Positions 12,756-25,430 of a stretch of DNA of 64,000 bases are shown piece by piece. The position numbers and the translations under genes are program-made. Position 1 is the stretch's first letter. Each line of letters opens with the position of its first letter. The notes below the pieces were generated by a model that worked only from the letters and a program-made list of their open reading frames with translations, made no database searches and was not told where the DNA came from. Source of the DNA: Gekko japonicus (taxonomy: Eukaryota); NCBI RefSeq assembly GCF_001447785.1, contig NW_015165838.1, positions 713,643-777,642 of the forward strand, read 5' to 3'.

Positions 12756-14999
12756 TTGCATTGGTTTCAGACCACACAAGTGGTCTATGTCTGAAAAAAG
12801 AAATGTCCGTGCAGAGACATACTGCTACACACTGAACAACATACTTTCCCTCACTCTCTAAGTAGGAGTTCTCCCAACAGGTGCACAAAATTGTGGTTAC
12901 TGCCTCAACACAACACCAAGGTATCAAGAGACTGGCCAATGCAGCCTAGGATGCACTCTGCTGGCGACATCACATCCCACCAGATAATTGATGCCAAGGA
13001 GTTTATTTCTTTGTTGCTATTCAATATAGCATGTTTTCCTTTAAAATATTCTTATTTTATATTTTGACTATAAAATAAGAATATTAAGACTGGTGAAAAA
13101 ATACAATATTGGTGAAAAGATTCACACTTACCTAACCCCTATATGAAGCGTGCAAGCTTCTGCATTGGTCTATTGTGATATCACCAGCAAAGTGCATACT
13201 GATGACCTGCAGGAAAAACAAAATGGAAACATCAGCCGAAGTTACTGTCCTGTTTATGCCCTTCAGAACATCCTGTGGTAGGCACTAAGCTATACTTCAC
13301 AAACACAGAAGCAGCCCTGGGAATTGTTCAGTTCAGGACAGAGATGCAAGTAACTGCTAGCTCAGCATTGTATTAAACCAATATATTTACCCTTTTACCT
13401 GTGCAGCCCATGCAAAGCCCAGGAGCTAAGACCACCTTCAGTGTACTGCTGGGAATAAGCTAAACTTCAAGCATCTTTAAAGATGGTTTCAAGATAGGTC
13501 CAGTTCTCCTTCCTTCTCTACAGTTCCCTAAATTGTCCTAGCCACATAGGCTTATTTTACTCACTTGCCACTTAGGCTAATGACTTCCATACAAAAGAAT
13601 ACAGATTTCTCTCACTCAGTTCCTTCCTTCCTTCTCTCTCTCACACACCCTCTGAACAAACCTAGTCAACTCCACCCCCTAAGTATAGCTACCTTCCAAT
13701 CATAACACACTTCATTCACCCAACCAGGCCCCCTCTTTCTTACCTTAGAGGCCTGCATTTTAAACCACAGCAAACATACATATAGAACCCAATATTAATT
13801 TGCAGAAATAAAATGCACAAAATATTTACATAGTAAAATACCAACACAGAGAACAAGGATGCCCCCATGGGGCAGAAATGGGACCCGAAAGAGGCTCCGC
13901 AAACCCTGGCCCCATCTGTGAGAGCCCATTGCTTTTGTGAGAAAGAGCTCTCCACCCCAAAGTACTACTATGACTATGAAGCCAAGGGAATGTACAGCAT
14001 AGATTCTGATTTAAGTTTATAAATTCCTTGTAACAGCCAACTCCTGAGCTTAATAGCCACAATCTAGCCAGGAGGCCAAATCAACCGGCATTACACCCAT
14101 GCATCTCAGCCAAGGTATTTATTTCCTCTTATCTCCTCTCAGTCTGTACCCTAGCTGCCACAATCTACCCTCTCCGTTGTCAGATACAGTTTTTTGGAGC
14201 CTTCTGTCTTTCTCAAATTCCTCATTTTTAACGTTAGAATCAATATAGGGGTTGTTTTTACAGCCTTTAGTTGGTAAAGGTTTGGGTGACAAAAGTCAAT
14301 GGCAAAAAAAGATTTGACCATGTAAAGAACTTTGGTTCCCTTAAAATTCTGTTTTGATTCAAAGTTGGGTTCAGGCTTCAGATGCGGCCTTTTGTGAATT
14401 AAATGGAGTTGAAAACTGCCTTGCTGAGAAAGAACACAGCGACCTTTTGAAGTGTAGATAACACAGCTGTGATGGTAAGCTTGGTACTGTATTCCCCAAT
14501 TAGCTGCATTCCTCCCAATTAAGCCATGATTTGCACCTGTGGGAAAGGGGCCGAGCCTAGCTGCAGGTGGCCTCTGTGCCTTCCTCCCAGGTCAGACCAC
14601 CGCTGAGATCACCTGTTCAATCACTGGTCCAACACTTTGGCTATGTGTCATAACAAAGAGACCTTATTGGTGCAAAGGCCTAGTACCATGAGGGTCCCTT
14701 TACCCATAAAGAAGCAAAATTCTAGTTTATTCTCATCCTGATGATGGCTACCTGAGACCTAGCCATGTAGACATCTTCTTGCTCACTTTCGGCCATCTTG
14801 GACACTTGCTTGCATGGGCCATCCAGCTCTGGTCTGTGGTGACTTGGGAGAAGATTCATTTTGAATCACTGGAACTACCATCTGCGAATGGGTAATATCT
14901 TGTAACTTGGAACCAATGTAATACAGTTTTAGCTAGCCTTTAAATCTCTATAGATTTCTTATTTTATCACAATCTCTTGTTCTCGTTTGAAGTAATCCT

Positions 15000-15280
15000 G
15001 CCAGTTTGGTGTACTGGTTAAGTGCACAGACTCTAATCTGGGAGAACCGGGTTTGATTCCCCACTCCTCCACTTGCAGCTACTGGATGACCTTGGGCAAG
15101 ACATAGTTCTGTCAGAGCTGTCCTTGAAAGTGCTGTCCTTGAAAGAGCTCTCTCAGCCCCACCTACCTCACAGGGTGTCTGTTGTGGGAAGGGGAAAGGA
15201 AAGGAGTTTGTAAGCTGCTCTGAGACTTCGAGTGAAGGACGGCGTATAAATCCAATTTCCTCTTCCTCTTCTTCTCTTCT
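15000..15280 (+). mobile_element. Squam3-like SINE
   Basis: GCCAGTTTGGTGTA...GGTTTGATTCCCC (A/B boxes), CORE region, (TTC)-rich tail. Confidence 0.85.
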
Positions 15281-15764
15281 TAATAGAATATATATTTTAA
15301 TTTACTTTTGTGGTTATTTGTGTTCACAGTTCTCAATCTAAATCTAGCACCTTGACTGGCAGACCACCTACCAGAGTAACCTGTCTTTTGTGAGAAATTC
15401 CTCCTGTGAGCCAACCTTGTAGGCCAGACTTTCTGATTTAGACCCAGGTGGGTTAGGAGCTTTGCCTTTTGCTTCTGACTATTGGGTTAGTAAAAAGGGG
15501 TTGGTGGCAGACTACCAGACTGATGTGTGAACAGTCACATTCCATGGTTTTGTAATTTTGTGTTGGAGCCCTGTAACAAAAGGCATTTGGCCCAAGCTGG
15601 GCTAAGTGACCTTTGGACAGACCAGATAATAAACAGTTCAGATTTGTGCCTCCCGTCAATGACGGAAAAATGCTTTTGGTTCCCAGTAGCCAGAATCAAA
15701 TTTGCAAGTTCAGGCTTTACATAAAAATCAAATTCCTCTGCATCAGAAAGATCTAGAAGTTCTT

Positions 15765-16120
15765 TTGTTCAGTCGCACAGTCGAGTCCGACTCTTCGCGA
15801 CCCCATGGACCAGATCCCACCAGGCCTTCCGGTCTTCCGCTGTCCTCTGAAGTGTGCTCAATTTCATGTTCGTTGCATCGATGACACTGTCTAACCATCT
15901 CATCCTTTGCCGTCCCCGTCTTCTTTGACCTTCAATCTTTCCCGGCATCAGGGTCTTCTCCAGTGAGTGCTCCCTTCTCATTTGGTGGCCAAAGTATTTG
16001 AGCATCAGTTTCATTATCTGGCCTTCCAGGGAACAGTCAGGGTTGATTTCTTTTAGGATTGACTGATTTGATCTTCTTGCAGTCCAAGGGACTCTCAAGA
16101 GTCTTCTCCAGCACCATAGT
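15765..16120 (-). mobile_element. BovB (RTE) LINE 3' fragment
   Basis: RVPWTARRSNQSILKEINPDCSLEG...VHGVAKSRTRLCD, near-identical to the end of the 51143-52074 copy. Confidence 0.95.
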
Positions 16121-16152
16121 AGCCCTGCCTATTACATTTTGTAGTTTATCTT

Positions 16153-16447
16153 ACCCCAGAACTGTTCCAATGGAGAGCTAGTTTGGTGTAATGGCTGGGG
16201 CATGGACTCTAATCTGGCAGAACCGGGTTTGATTCCCCAGTCCTCCACATACAGCTGCTGGTGTGACCTTTGGTCGGTTACAAATTCTTTCAGAGCTGTT
16301 CTCTCATGAGCAGTTCTCGAAAGAGCTCTCTCAGCCCCACCTACCTCACAGAGTGTCTGTTGTGGGAAGGGGAAGGAGATTGTAAACTGCTCTTAGACTC
16401 CTTCGGGTAGTGAAGGATGAGGTATAAATCCAATCTCTTCTTCTTCT
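16153..16447 (+). mobile_element. Squam3-like SINE
   Basis: Same family as 15000 and 22398, TCTTC tail. Confidence 0.85.
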
Positions 16448-17792
16448 ATTCTTGGGGGCAGAAGCATATTTTGCTGCGTCAGCTCACCTGGTTTCCATAA
16501 TGAAGGTACACCTTTCTAGCAAGAAGGGCTTCACCATTAGACAGCATCATACAGGGCTGAATTCTGGAGCATGACAGAACCTTGGTTTGAAAATGAACGA
16601 GGGAGCTCTCAAGCTTGCTTTCTTCCTCCCTTGTGCACACAGCATAGGGACTGAGACTTTCTGGTTGGGAATAAACTGCAAATGAGCCCAAAGTACTCCA
16701 AACAGTACAACCCTTGGTAGAGAAACAGAAAAAGAAAGCAGGCAGAAAGTTTGTAATTTTGCCTGATTTGGACATTGCAACAAACCGCACCCTGTTCCAA
16801 ACCAGGAAATGTATGGTCTTCATGCTATGTGCAGGGAGAGAAGGAATTAAGAAGCCCATGTTCTGAGAATTTCCTGGTTCACTCTTATTACAGCTTTCCT
16901 GGATCACAGTACTGTAGAATGTATCTTTCTTTCCTACAAATTCCTAATGAAAGTACAGGCAGTTCGGGACTAATTAAATTGTTGGGGACCAGATCTGGTC
17001 TCTAGGAACCTAGCAGAGTATCACTGTCTGAAGAGCCAGTAATGCAAACAGGAAGAATGAAACCAGGTGCAATTACTAAATACAAAAGACAACTTCCTCA
17101 AAGTACTCCGTTTTTATATTTACCCCCAAGAAAGAGCAAATATATACACAACTCAGGAAATGGACTGTATTGTGCTTGTATGCTTGGTGGACATACACTA
17201 AAATGCAAGGATTTGAGTGAAATGCTCCAAGTTAGCATTAAGAACATAACTAATTGCAAATCAGACTTGTTTCACTACATACATGGTAATGCAACGTGTT
17301 TTTATAAAAGGTAGTTCATAGTTTATTAACAGCTGCTCACTTTATCATTAGGCAGCAATGGAGGAAGTCAAAACCTATCTGATCAGAACTTTGCAAAGGA
17401 GACAAATAAAGGGTTATTTTATGGATGAATGGTGGCCAACAATTATTTTCTTTGGAAGGGGAATCACTAATATTTGGAAAAGCCAGTTGAATATCAGTAT
17501 AGAACCTATAGTTCAACCGCAAGCAGAACAACAGATTTCTGTGGACATAAGGACTTCTACCAATGGAGCTCAGCTTTCTCGACACCCATTCTGTGACAGC
17601 CCAAAATGACTTCTGAAATCTGCATTTCAGGCTGTCGTGGAAGGGTGAGATAGTAGCACTAGATTCAACCCGGTGGAAGGGAGGAGGAAGGAAATGGGGA
17701 CTTATAGTTATTGTTTATATTGTCTTATAAAATGAAAAAATAATTAAAAACGAGATGCAAATTCTGATGAAACATGAAGGAACAGTAAAGTT

Positions 17793-17990
17793 AGGGCCAG
17801 TGTAGTGTAGTGGACGATGTCATCTGACATCTGGGTCCAAATCCCCACTCTGCCATCGAAGCTTGCTGTGTGACCTTGGGCCAGTTACATACTCTCAGCA
17901 TCACCACAGGACTGTTATGAGAATAAAATGAAGAATGATGTAAACTGCTTTGGGTTCTCACTGGGAAGAAAAGCAGGGTATAAATGAAAT
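17793..17990 (+). mobile_element. Older MIR/Squam3-like SINE
   Basis: Degenerate tRNA head plus GTGACCTTGGGCCAGT core. Confidence 0.6.
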
Positions 17991-19802
17991 TAATATTTAA
18001 ATGTCTATGCTTGAAAAATGGCAATTGTTTCCTTCCAAGGAATTATGGTTTTTTGAGGAGGATGCCCAGTATTTAACAGAGATTTTAGCATGGCCACAAA
18101 GTAACTTCCTAGTTTTACCTAATGTTCATTATGGGAGAACTAGAACACTGAAACTCCATTTAATAAAACCAGAACAGCCAAGCATAGCCAAAACAGCCAT
18201 GAATGTGGAGGACTACTGAAGAACTGAAGGTAGTGATTTTTTTTAACACAGAACTTTTATTACTACTGCCCTTGACAGTGTTCTGTAGTTTTTACAGTTC
18301 CCTGTTTAAAGCTCAGTTATGGTAACTATTCAAGACTCTGTCACAAAACAAATTCCATCAATATCTTTAATTATTAACAAATTTGGGCCGCAAATTAAAA
18401 GCGTGCTAAACCAAAAACTTGCCCACTGAGAGCACAAGCACCACAACTGAAGAGATAGAAATGACTCACATTGGGGGAATTAGTTCCAGAGAGTCATTCC
18501 TCTCTCTCTTTACCTTAAGAAAAAGGAGAAGCCTGAACATCTGGACCAAGGGATATACAATTCAGTGTTGTCCAGACAGGCATAGCCTTCCAACTAACAT
18601 CTATGACCATACTGATGATATTCCACTGCCACAGCCAGTAATGGGATCACTATACATGTAGAGAGTTCCGAATCACTGACCCATTCATCAGATTTAGAAA
18701 GGTCAAACGGTTACTTCCAACCCCCAAGCTGGAGGGCCAGGCTCCTCTCCCAGACACCAATTGTTTTAAATAATTTTCCATCTCTTCCCCTTTTAGAATT
18801 AAACTCCACTCCACCCCAGCATGTTTCACTGAACTTCATTACATTGTCCTATACTCATCACTCCTGGCCATCTGTACATTAATTTACAAGAAGTGAGTGG
18901 GTGATGTCTAGTCCTGAAGATGGACCAATAATTTATTCAAAATGTGTTACAAGAGTATTGACCTACATTACGGAATCCTCAATGCCCTACAGCCTTATAT
19001 TTGACATCACAGGGCTACACAATCTATGCTTAAATCCATAAATATATATTTTTTCTTCTACCCTGATCTGCAGTTTCTAAAATATTCCACTGAAGTTTGA
19101 TACACATTTGTCCAAAGCTCCACTACAACTATAAAGGTCTGAAAAACAGAATATTTTAATATCTAATAGTCACAATGTGTAACAGACATTAAAAGCACAC
19201 ACTACACAGCAGTGGTCAAGTCAGACTATGGAACTGATGGAATGGAATGGGGACAACCCTTTTACTCAGTTCAACCAACTTCAAATTGATGGAAAAGAAG
19301 GAATTTGCTGTGGTGGCCCAATATTTCTATGTTTAGGAAACACACATTAAGAGTTTCTGGTATGATAGCACAACTTGAGCAATACAGAACTTTCTTCCCC
19401 CCAATAATAAAAGGTGGAGGACATTCTACAATATTGGTTTTCTTTATGTTTTAAAAGTACAGATTAGTCCCTGAGATGTATCCTTCTGCGTATTCATTTA
19501 AGGTCAGAAGTAAATGGATAAGTTATCAGGATATATGGATAGAAAGAGGGACGTGAAGCTAAACTTCCACATTTGACACTTTTTCATTGTGTGGTTTGGG
19601 GTAAGTCATAACTTAGCATGGTTATGCAGCTATAAAATGAGAACCATAGTGGCATGATTCTCAACAGCCCCAAGTAAACAAACATTGTAAAAGTAAGTTG
19701 CATTCGGAGTCGTACCAAAATGAGAAACCAAGTACTATTTAATGGTCCGTTCCAAATTAGATTTGGGAGGTGAATGGTGATGCTAGATCCAGTCCTAACT
19801 AA

Positions 19803-19973
19803 ACATGTGTTTATTGTTTACATACATGCTTGCTCTACAGAAAGTTAGCCAGCAGTCTTCATAATGGCTGTTTTGAATAATGAAGACATGTGTTTATTGT
19901 TTACATACATACTTGCTCTACAGAAAGTTAGCCAGTAGTCTTCATAATGGCTTCTTTGAATAATAATGAAGAC
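19803..19973. repeat. Tandem duplication, about 83 bp x2
   Basis: ACATGTGTTTATTGTTTACATACAT...TCTTCATAATGGCT...GAATAATGAAG repeated with few changes. Confidence 0.9.
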
Positions 19974-20333
19974 ATTAATGTCTCCATTCTTCAAGATAAT
20001 ATACAAAGATATCCTGCTCTCTGAAGCAAGTCCACCTACCCTTCTTTCCACGCCTAAAACTCTCCCACAGAATGTATACACCACCTACATTTCCCTTCTT
20101 TGGGGTATAGCCTTTAACTCCTTAAATCCTCATTTTCATTTAACTGAGTATACCTGTTAGTTCACATCCTTACTGCTCTATCGACAGTGAAAGAGACAAT
20201 TTAGCTTGTAAGCTCCAAGAAACACAGTCCTGCATTTTTGGAATAACACCATTTACAATCCTATGTACCCAAGTGCCAGAAATGGGTATCTTAGAAACTT
20301 CTTCCTTCTAGAAACTGATCAATGGGTTGGAAC

Positions 20334-20537
20334 CAGTGTTCCCTCTAAGCTGAGTTAGTGTGAGCTAGCTCACAGTTTTTTACTCTCTGGCTCACACTTT
20401 TGTCTTAGCTCAGGAAGGACGGCTCCAGAGCAAACTAATTTATGCAGAAGTCAAATTGCTTGCTCACAACTTTAATGTCAGTAGCTCACAAAGTAGAATT
20501 TTTGCTCACAAGACTCCACAGTTTAGAGGGAGCATTG
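20334..20537. mobile_element. hAT MITE (204 bp)
   Basis: TIR CAGTGTTCCCTCTAA...TTAGAGGGAGCATTG, perfect TSD GTTGGAAC (20326-20333 and 20538-20545). Confidence 0.9.
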
Positions 20538-20939
20538 GTTGGAACCAGACTGAATCTGCAGTTTCCACTCATTGTCCATTCCACTAAAGACTCTCCTGAA
20601 GCCTATCCTTAAGAGGTAACTGTCCCCCAGGAGAAGCATTTGGTAGAGATCTTTCAGCTGCAGTGGGAGGGGGGAGGCAGGAAGTTTCCATTCTGCCATC
20701 AGGATCCAAACTTGCATCTCCAGAAATACTACCTTGTTTTTATAAATATGCATCCTTTGGAAGCTAGTAAGCCAGTTCATGTCATACAGTATTTTATACT
20801 AATATTTTGAACAAAATAAAGATGATCTCTGATTAAGACACACACACACACACAATGACCCCAGTGATATCCATGGCAAGCCCTGTTTTGTGTTTTATAC
20901 ACTGGAATATAAAAAAGTATCCTTTCAAAGCTTCTAAAA

Positions 20940-21355
20940 CAGGGGTGTCAAACATACAGCCCGGGGGCCGGATTAGGCCCCCGAGGGGCTTCCATCAGGC
21001 CTGCAGTGGAACTGGCCATCTCCTTCTTCCAGTTCTGCTGCTGCATCATAGCTTGCTTCGTCAGACTCTCTTAATCACTCACCCATTTCATGTTTTAACC
21101 TGGGTCCTAGACTCAGAACTCTGAGCATGAGATTTCTGTGGTGAGTGTCAATAAATCAAAAGTAGGTTTGCAGTTTACAGAGCTAATGTTTTAAGCATGT
21201 TTTATTTTAAGTAAAAAAACCTTTGTGTTTGCATCCTTTATAAAGTTTATATCTCCGCTACCTGGCATTACATTTTATGACACACATGGCCCAGCCCAAC
21301 AAGGTCTCATTTATGTCAGATCCGGCCCTCATAACAAATGAATTTGACACCCCTG
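20940..21355. mobile_element. hAT-Charlie-type MITE
   Basis: TIR CAGGGGTGTCAAA...TTTGACACCCCTG, perfect TSD TTCTAAAA (20932-20939 and 21356-21363). Confidence 0.92.
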
Positions 21356-22397
21356 TTCTAAAACATTGACTTCAATAATAGTACTAGAGGACATCTGGCT
21401 TAGGAATAGCATCTTTACACATGCACAAGCCAGCCAGTGAAGCTAAAGAGGATCACATAAAATGCCAAAGAGAAGATGTATGGTCATGTATTATTATCCA
21501 TAATTAGCTATAGCTTATAAAAGCTAATATGGCAGAAGAATACTATGTGTGGTATCAAAATGCAAATTGTTACACTGAATCAGTCACCTGCTGCCTTTAC
21601 AGACTTTCATTTGCTTGGATTCAGGGTGTTTGTTGCGCAGTTTTTGCTTTTTTAAAACCCCAGTGCAGCAAGGAACAAATCACTAGATTCTCATGGGTTG
21701 AGAAAGCTCTGCTGAGGAAAATCCCCTAGATTTTCCAAGCATTTAACTTTAAAGGAGCCATTGGGCAATCACTGGGGAGGAAACAGTTCTTTCCCCCTGT
21801 GCCAACATTTATCAGCACTGTCTTACTACAGCAAACATCTGCACTATAGAATTTCCAGCAGAAATTTTACCCTGCTCTGTCTAACCCTGCACACACAAAA
21901 GAACTGAATACACTAGCAACAAAACAATAATCAAACCCACAGCTTTAAAAAAAAGATTTGGCTAGCCAGAATTCAAAGCCTGTAAGAACTACTTGACATC
22001 CAAGGATAAAATGAAACCAGTACAAGGTTACGTGCTGTCACTGTAGGCTTGCACACAATTCTCTGCACCAACCATTAATCAAATCTGACAAGTACTGAAC
22101 TGATCACAATTCCCACCTCTGTACCACACCAGATAGCAGAAATACGTGTGTCACTGTGCCTTATTTCAGTTTGGCACTATAAACTGCCTTTGAACAACAA
22201 CCCCTGTTTATGTCATCATCTAAGCACCCATAACAACTTCAGGTACATTGTGTAACCTTTTCTGGTGTCCGGTTCCACCACACTCAGGTAGAAGCCAGCA
22301 AGCACCAGCTACCAAAAGATTAAAAACAAACATTCAATTGGCAGCCAGCTTCCAGTGGAAGGGCATGAATGTTTAAACACATTTCTTTTCATTCTGT

Positions 22398-22676
22398 GAG
22401 AGCCAGTTTGGTGTAGTGGTTAAGTGCGTGGACTCTAATCTGGGAGAACTGGGTTTGATTCCCCACTCCTCCACTTGCACCTGCTGGATGACCTTGGGCA
22501 AGCCATAGATCTGGCACAGCTGTTCTTGAAAAAGAACAGTTTCTGTCAGAGCTCTCTCAGCCCCACCTACCTCACAGGGTGTCTGTTGTGGCGAGGGGAA
22601 GGCAAAGGAGATTGTAAGCCGCTCTGAGACTCCTTTGGGTAGTGAACGGTGAGGTATAAATCCAATCTCTTCTTCT
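22398..22676 (+). mobile_element. Squam3-like SINE, full length
   Basis: GAGAGCCAGTTTGGTGTAGTGGTTAAG head, B box, tail AATCCAATCTCTTCTTC. Confidence 0.88.
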
Positions 22677-22949
22677 ATACAACATTCAGGAGACTCAAGT
22701 GCAATACATCTCAAGGCAACAAAGAAGCCTCATTTGTGAATAGCAAAAGTAAAGGGATAGGCTACTTGATCAAGGAGAAACACATAACAGGATTGCACTG
22801 TCTGCCACAACGCAAATATTTACTGCAATTTTCCTTTGGGGGAATGCAACTTCTTACTACTCTGTGGATTTCTACTTCATTTAGCAACCTCCATAACATA
22901 TGAAGCTGCTTTGTACCAAGTAAAATCACTTGTCCGTTGAGATTGTTAT

Positions 22950-23060
22950 TGTCTGCTCTGCCTGGCAGCAGCTCTCCAAGGTCTTTCACATCACTGACTC
23001 CCTGAATCTTTTAACTGAAGATGCCAGGGATCCAACCTGGGACTCTGCCACTGAACCCAA
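22950..23060 (-). mobile_element. tRNA-derived SINE fragment (second family)
   Basis: Matches 35790-35975 (CTGGCAGCAGCTCTCC...TTTCACATCAC...TTTAACTG). Confidence 0.6.
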
Positions 23061-23736
23061 AAAGAGAGAAAAAAGACCTTCCACAGGACACAAAAGTATC
23101 TAGTTCATCTTTCTTTAACCACTTGCAACACTGCAGAAGAATTACCATTAAGAAAATTACATACATGCCAATGGGATAAAGATTGTTCCCATACCATGTC
23201 CTTTGTTATAGATAAAACTATTGGTGTTCAACCCCCCTCCATCCCCATCATGACCCAGAACAAGCCTCCAAGGTACAGTGTCACAAGAGGCAAAATTATA
23301 TAACATGTATTTTTAAAGAGCCACATTAGCATCACAGCTTTTTGCACATAAAGAGGCTGCAGAGGATGCTCACGGGGATTTGACCTTCTGCTTCCCATTA
23401 ATACCGTCTGTCAGGAGCACCTCATCAGGAAACATCAGAGGCCCAAATACATGTTCATTCCTCTTCAAAAGCAAGCTAACTAGAGAAGAGGGGAGCAGTT
23501 CCTACGCATGCATATTCATGCACTCAGAGTGGGGAGGCATGCTCATGGATGCTGGAAAGGCAGCGATAGCAAGGAACACATAATTACGTTACCAAATTCA
23601 CTGAAGGAAATAAACTACTAGAGGGGAGAAAAAACAGACCGTTACAAAACAAACATGTCCCAGGACACTGGGAAAAAGGACAAAGGGAAACCGAGCCAAC
23701 ACTAAGCCCTCTGACCTCTATAAAGGTTCTCCAAAC

Positions 23737-23768
<32 letters not shown>
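23737..23768. repeat. (TA)n(CA)n microsatellite
   Basis: Seen directly. Confidence 0.95.
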
Positions 23769-23769
<1 letters not shown>

Positions 23770-24199
23770 ATGCTATTTACCCACATACAAAACCATTTTG
23801 CCCCTCTCTCTCTCTCTTTTTTACTAAACTCTTATTAGGCATATTAGACAAACCTTTTTGGAATCCGGAGATTCCCCACCACCACCTCTCCTTTATAAAG
23901 GGCAAACAGAATTAATAGCTTTGAAATCCTGAATTATGTTTAAGCAAGCACCGGAATTACTTAGCGGGCCTTCAAAGAATTATACCCACACACACATGTG
24001 CACATCATACCGGAGAGTTCGCAAGACAGAGAGAGGACCGAAGCAAATGAAAGGTCTCTGTGGCAGGGACCCGTTCTTGGTACACGGCCAGGGGCAAACG
24101 TGCCCGTTTTGGAGATGTGACTCACGAAACACATAAAGAGCCACAGCCACCACATACGCCGCCGCCCTCCCCTCCTCCCGCGCCACATCCGACACTGAC

Positions 24200-24443
24200 C
24201 ATAGATCATGGCCAGGCCGGTCTCGTGGAGGAAGCGGACCCGGCGGTGCTTGAAGAGCCAGATGGTGAGGATGGTGAGGGTGAGCAGCAAGATGAACGTC
24301 AGGAGGCTCACGCTGTCCTGCCGGTGGCTCTCCTCCGCCTCCTTCTCGGTGGCGATCTCCTCCAGGGCGCTGCTACTCCGGTCTCCCATGCCCAGCCCGG
24401 GGGCTCCGAGAAGCAGCAGCAACAAGAGCAGGGGACGCGGCAT
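24200..24443 (-). CDS. SLC9A7: SLC9A7 (NHE7, Na+/K+:H+ exchanger) coding exon 1; intron 1 continues past window start
   Basis: Translation [18 protein letters not shown]...[52 protein letters not shown] carries the NHE7-type signature (NHE6 reads QDSANLLIF). Phase-1 donor G|gtcagt at 24200/24199, CpG island, and adjacency to RP2. Confidence 0.96.
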
Positions 24444-24790
24444 GGTGTTGCCCTCTTGCAGACCGGCGGGGCACCCGCCCTCGCCTCTTCGCCTCCTCCC
24501 CGGCCCTCAGCAGCGCGCCGAGCCTCCTGTGTCTGCAATGCCCAGCCCGCCTCCGTCCGGCGACGCTCCGCCAGCCGAGCAAGGAGCAACTTCAGTGCGC
24601 AGAATCATCAAACCCCGCCTCCTCCCGCCCGACAGGCCACAGCCGCCGGGTTAAGCGGCGAGCCTTCCCGCCCCTTAAAGGCGGGGCCTGGGAGCTCTGC
24701 CCTCAGAGTCGGGGACTAGAGGAACAAGGGAGCAGAATGCGTCACTTAACAGTGTACAGGATGCGGGTCTCCGTTCGGCAATGCCTGTTT
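24444..24790 (-). promoter_or_regulatory. SLC9A7 5'UTR and CpG-island promoter
   Basis: High GC/CpG content upstream of the ATG, several GC boxes (CCCGCCC/GGCGGGG), TTTAAG element near 24675. Confidence 0.75.
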
Positions 24791-25084
24791 TAAATCCCTC
24801 CCGTCCCAGCAAATAAAAAACTACCACATCAGTGAGAAGAGGTTCTAACTCAGCTCTTTGGCTGCTCAAGCCCCCACCCCAAACAGGGAAGCGTTATAAA
24901 TTGCACTCTCTCCCTTCCCTTCTGCAGTCCCTGTATGTCATCTATTGATGTACCACAGTCCCCAGTGAAGAAAAGCAGGGCAGCAAAAAAGTTCCCTTCT
25001 CTTGGACGGTGTCCAGACAAACTACACCCCCCCCCATTCGATCTCACCTAATTCTGCTCCTCACTGCAGCAGTACCCACCCCAC

Positions 25085-25430
25085 GGGACTGCGGTGGCCC
25101 AAGTGGTTAAGACGCTGAACTGCAGGCTGTTGGAAGGTCGGTAGTTCAGCAGTTCGAGACCCGGGTGCCGCATGTTGGAGTGAGCTCCCGTCTCTAGTTC
25201 CAGCTCCTGCCAACCTAGCAGTTCGAAAGCAAGAAATTACAAGTAGATAAATAGGGACCACTTCGGTGGGAAGGTAACAGCGTTCCGTGCACCTTGGTGT
25301 TTAGTCATGCCGGCCACATGACCACGGAAACGTCTTCGGACAGCGCTGGCTCTTCGGCTTTGAAACGGAGATGAGCACCACAACCCTAGAGTCGGATTCG
25401 ACTGGCTTTCGAGCAAGGGAACCTTTACCT
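25085..25430 (+). mobile_element. Sauria SINE, full length
   Basis: tRNA-like head, CTCCTGCCAACCTAGCAGTTCGAAAGCA body, ACCTTT tail, 12-bp TSD TACCCACCCCAC (25073-25084 and 25431-25442). Confidence 0.93.

Noticed and set aside
14468-15578. Possible solo LTRs here and near 5864-7200
   Set aside because: TG...CA ends and composition are suggestive, but no TSD or second copy supports the boundaries.
17340-17630. 83-aa ATG ORF (MEEVKTYL...DEWWPTIIF)
   Set aside because: Looks at most like a decayed L1-type 3' end; no splice or homology support.
1-24199. Authentic SLC9A7 exon 2
   Set aside because: No well-conserved GLIVGVILRY...MLRK translation found; it presumably lies left of the window.
24060-24719. 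219-aa and 148-aa plus-strand ORFs over SLC9A7 exon 1
   Set aside because: Antisense shadows in a GC-rich island, low complexity, no recognisable domain.
25085-25160. tRNA gene (also the heads at 15000, 22398, 35920)
   Set aside because: These are SINE heads with no complete cloverleaf.
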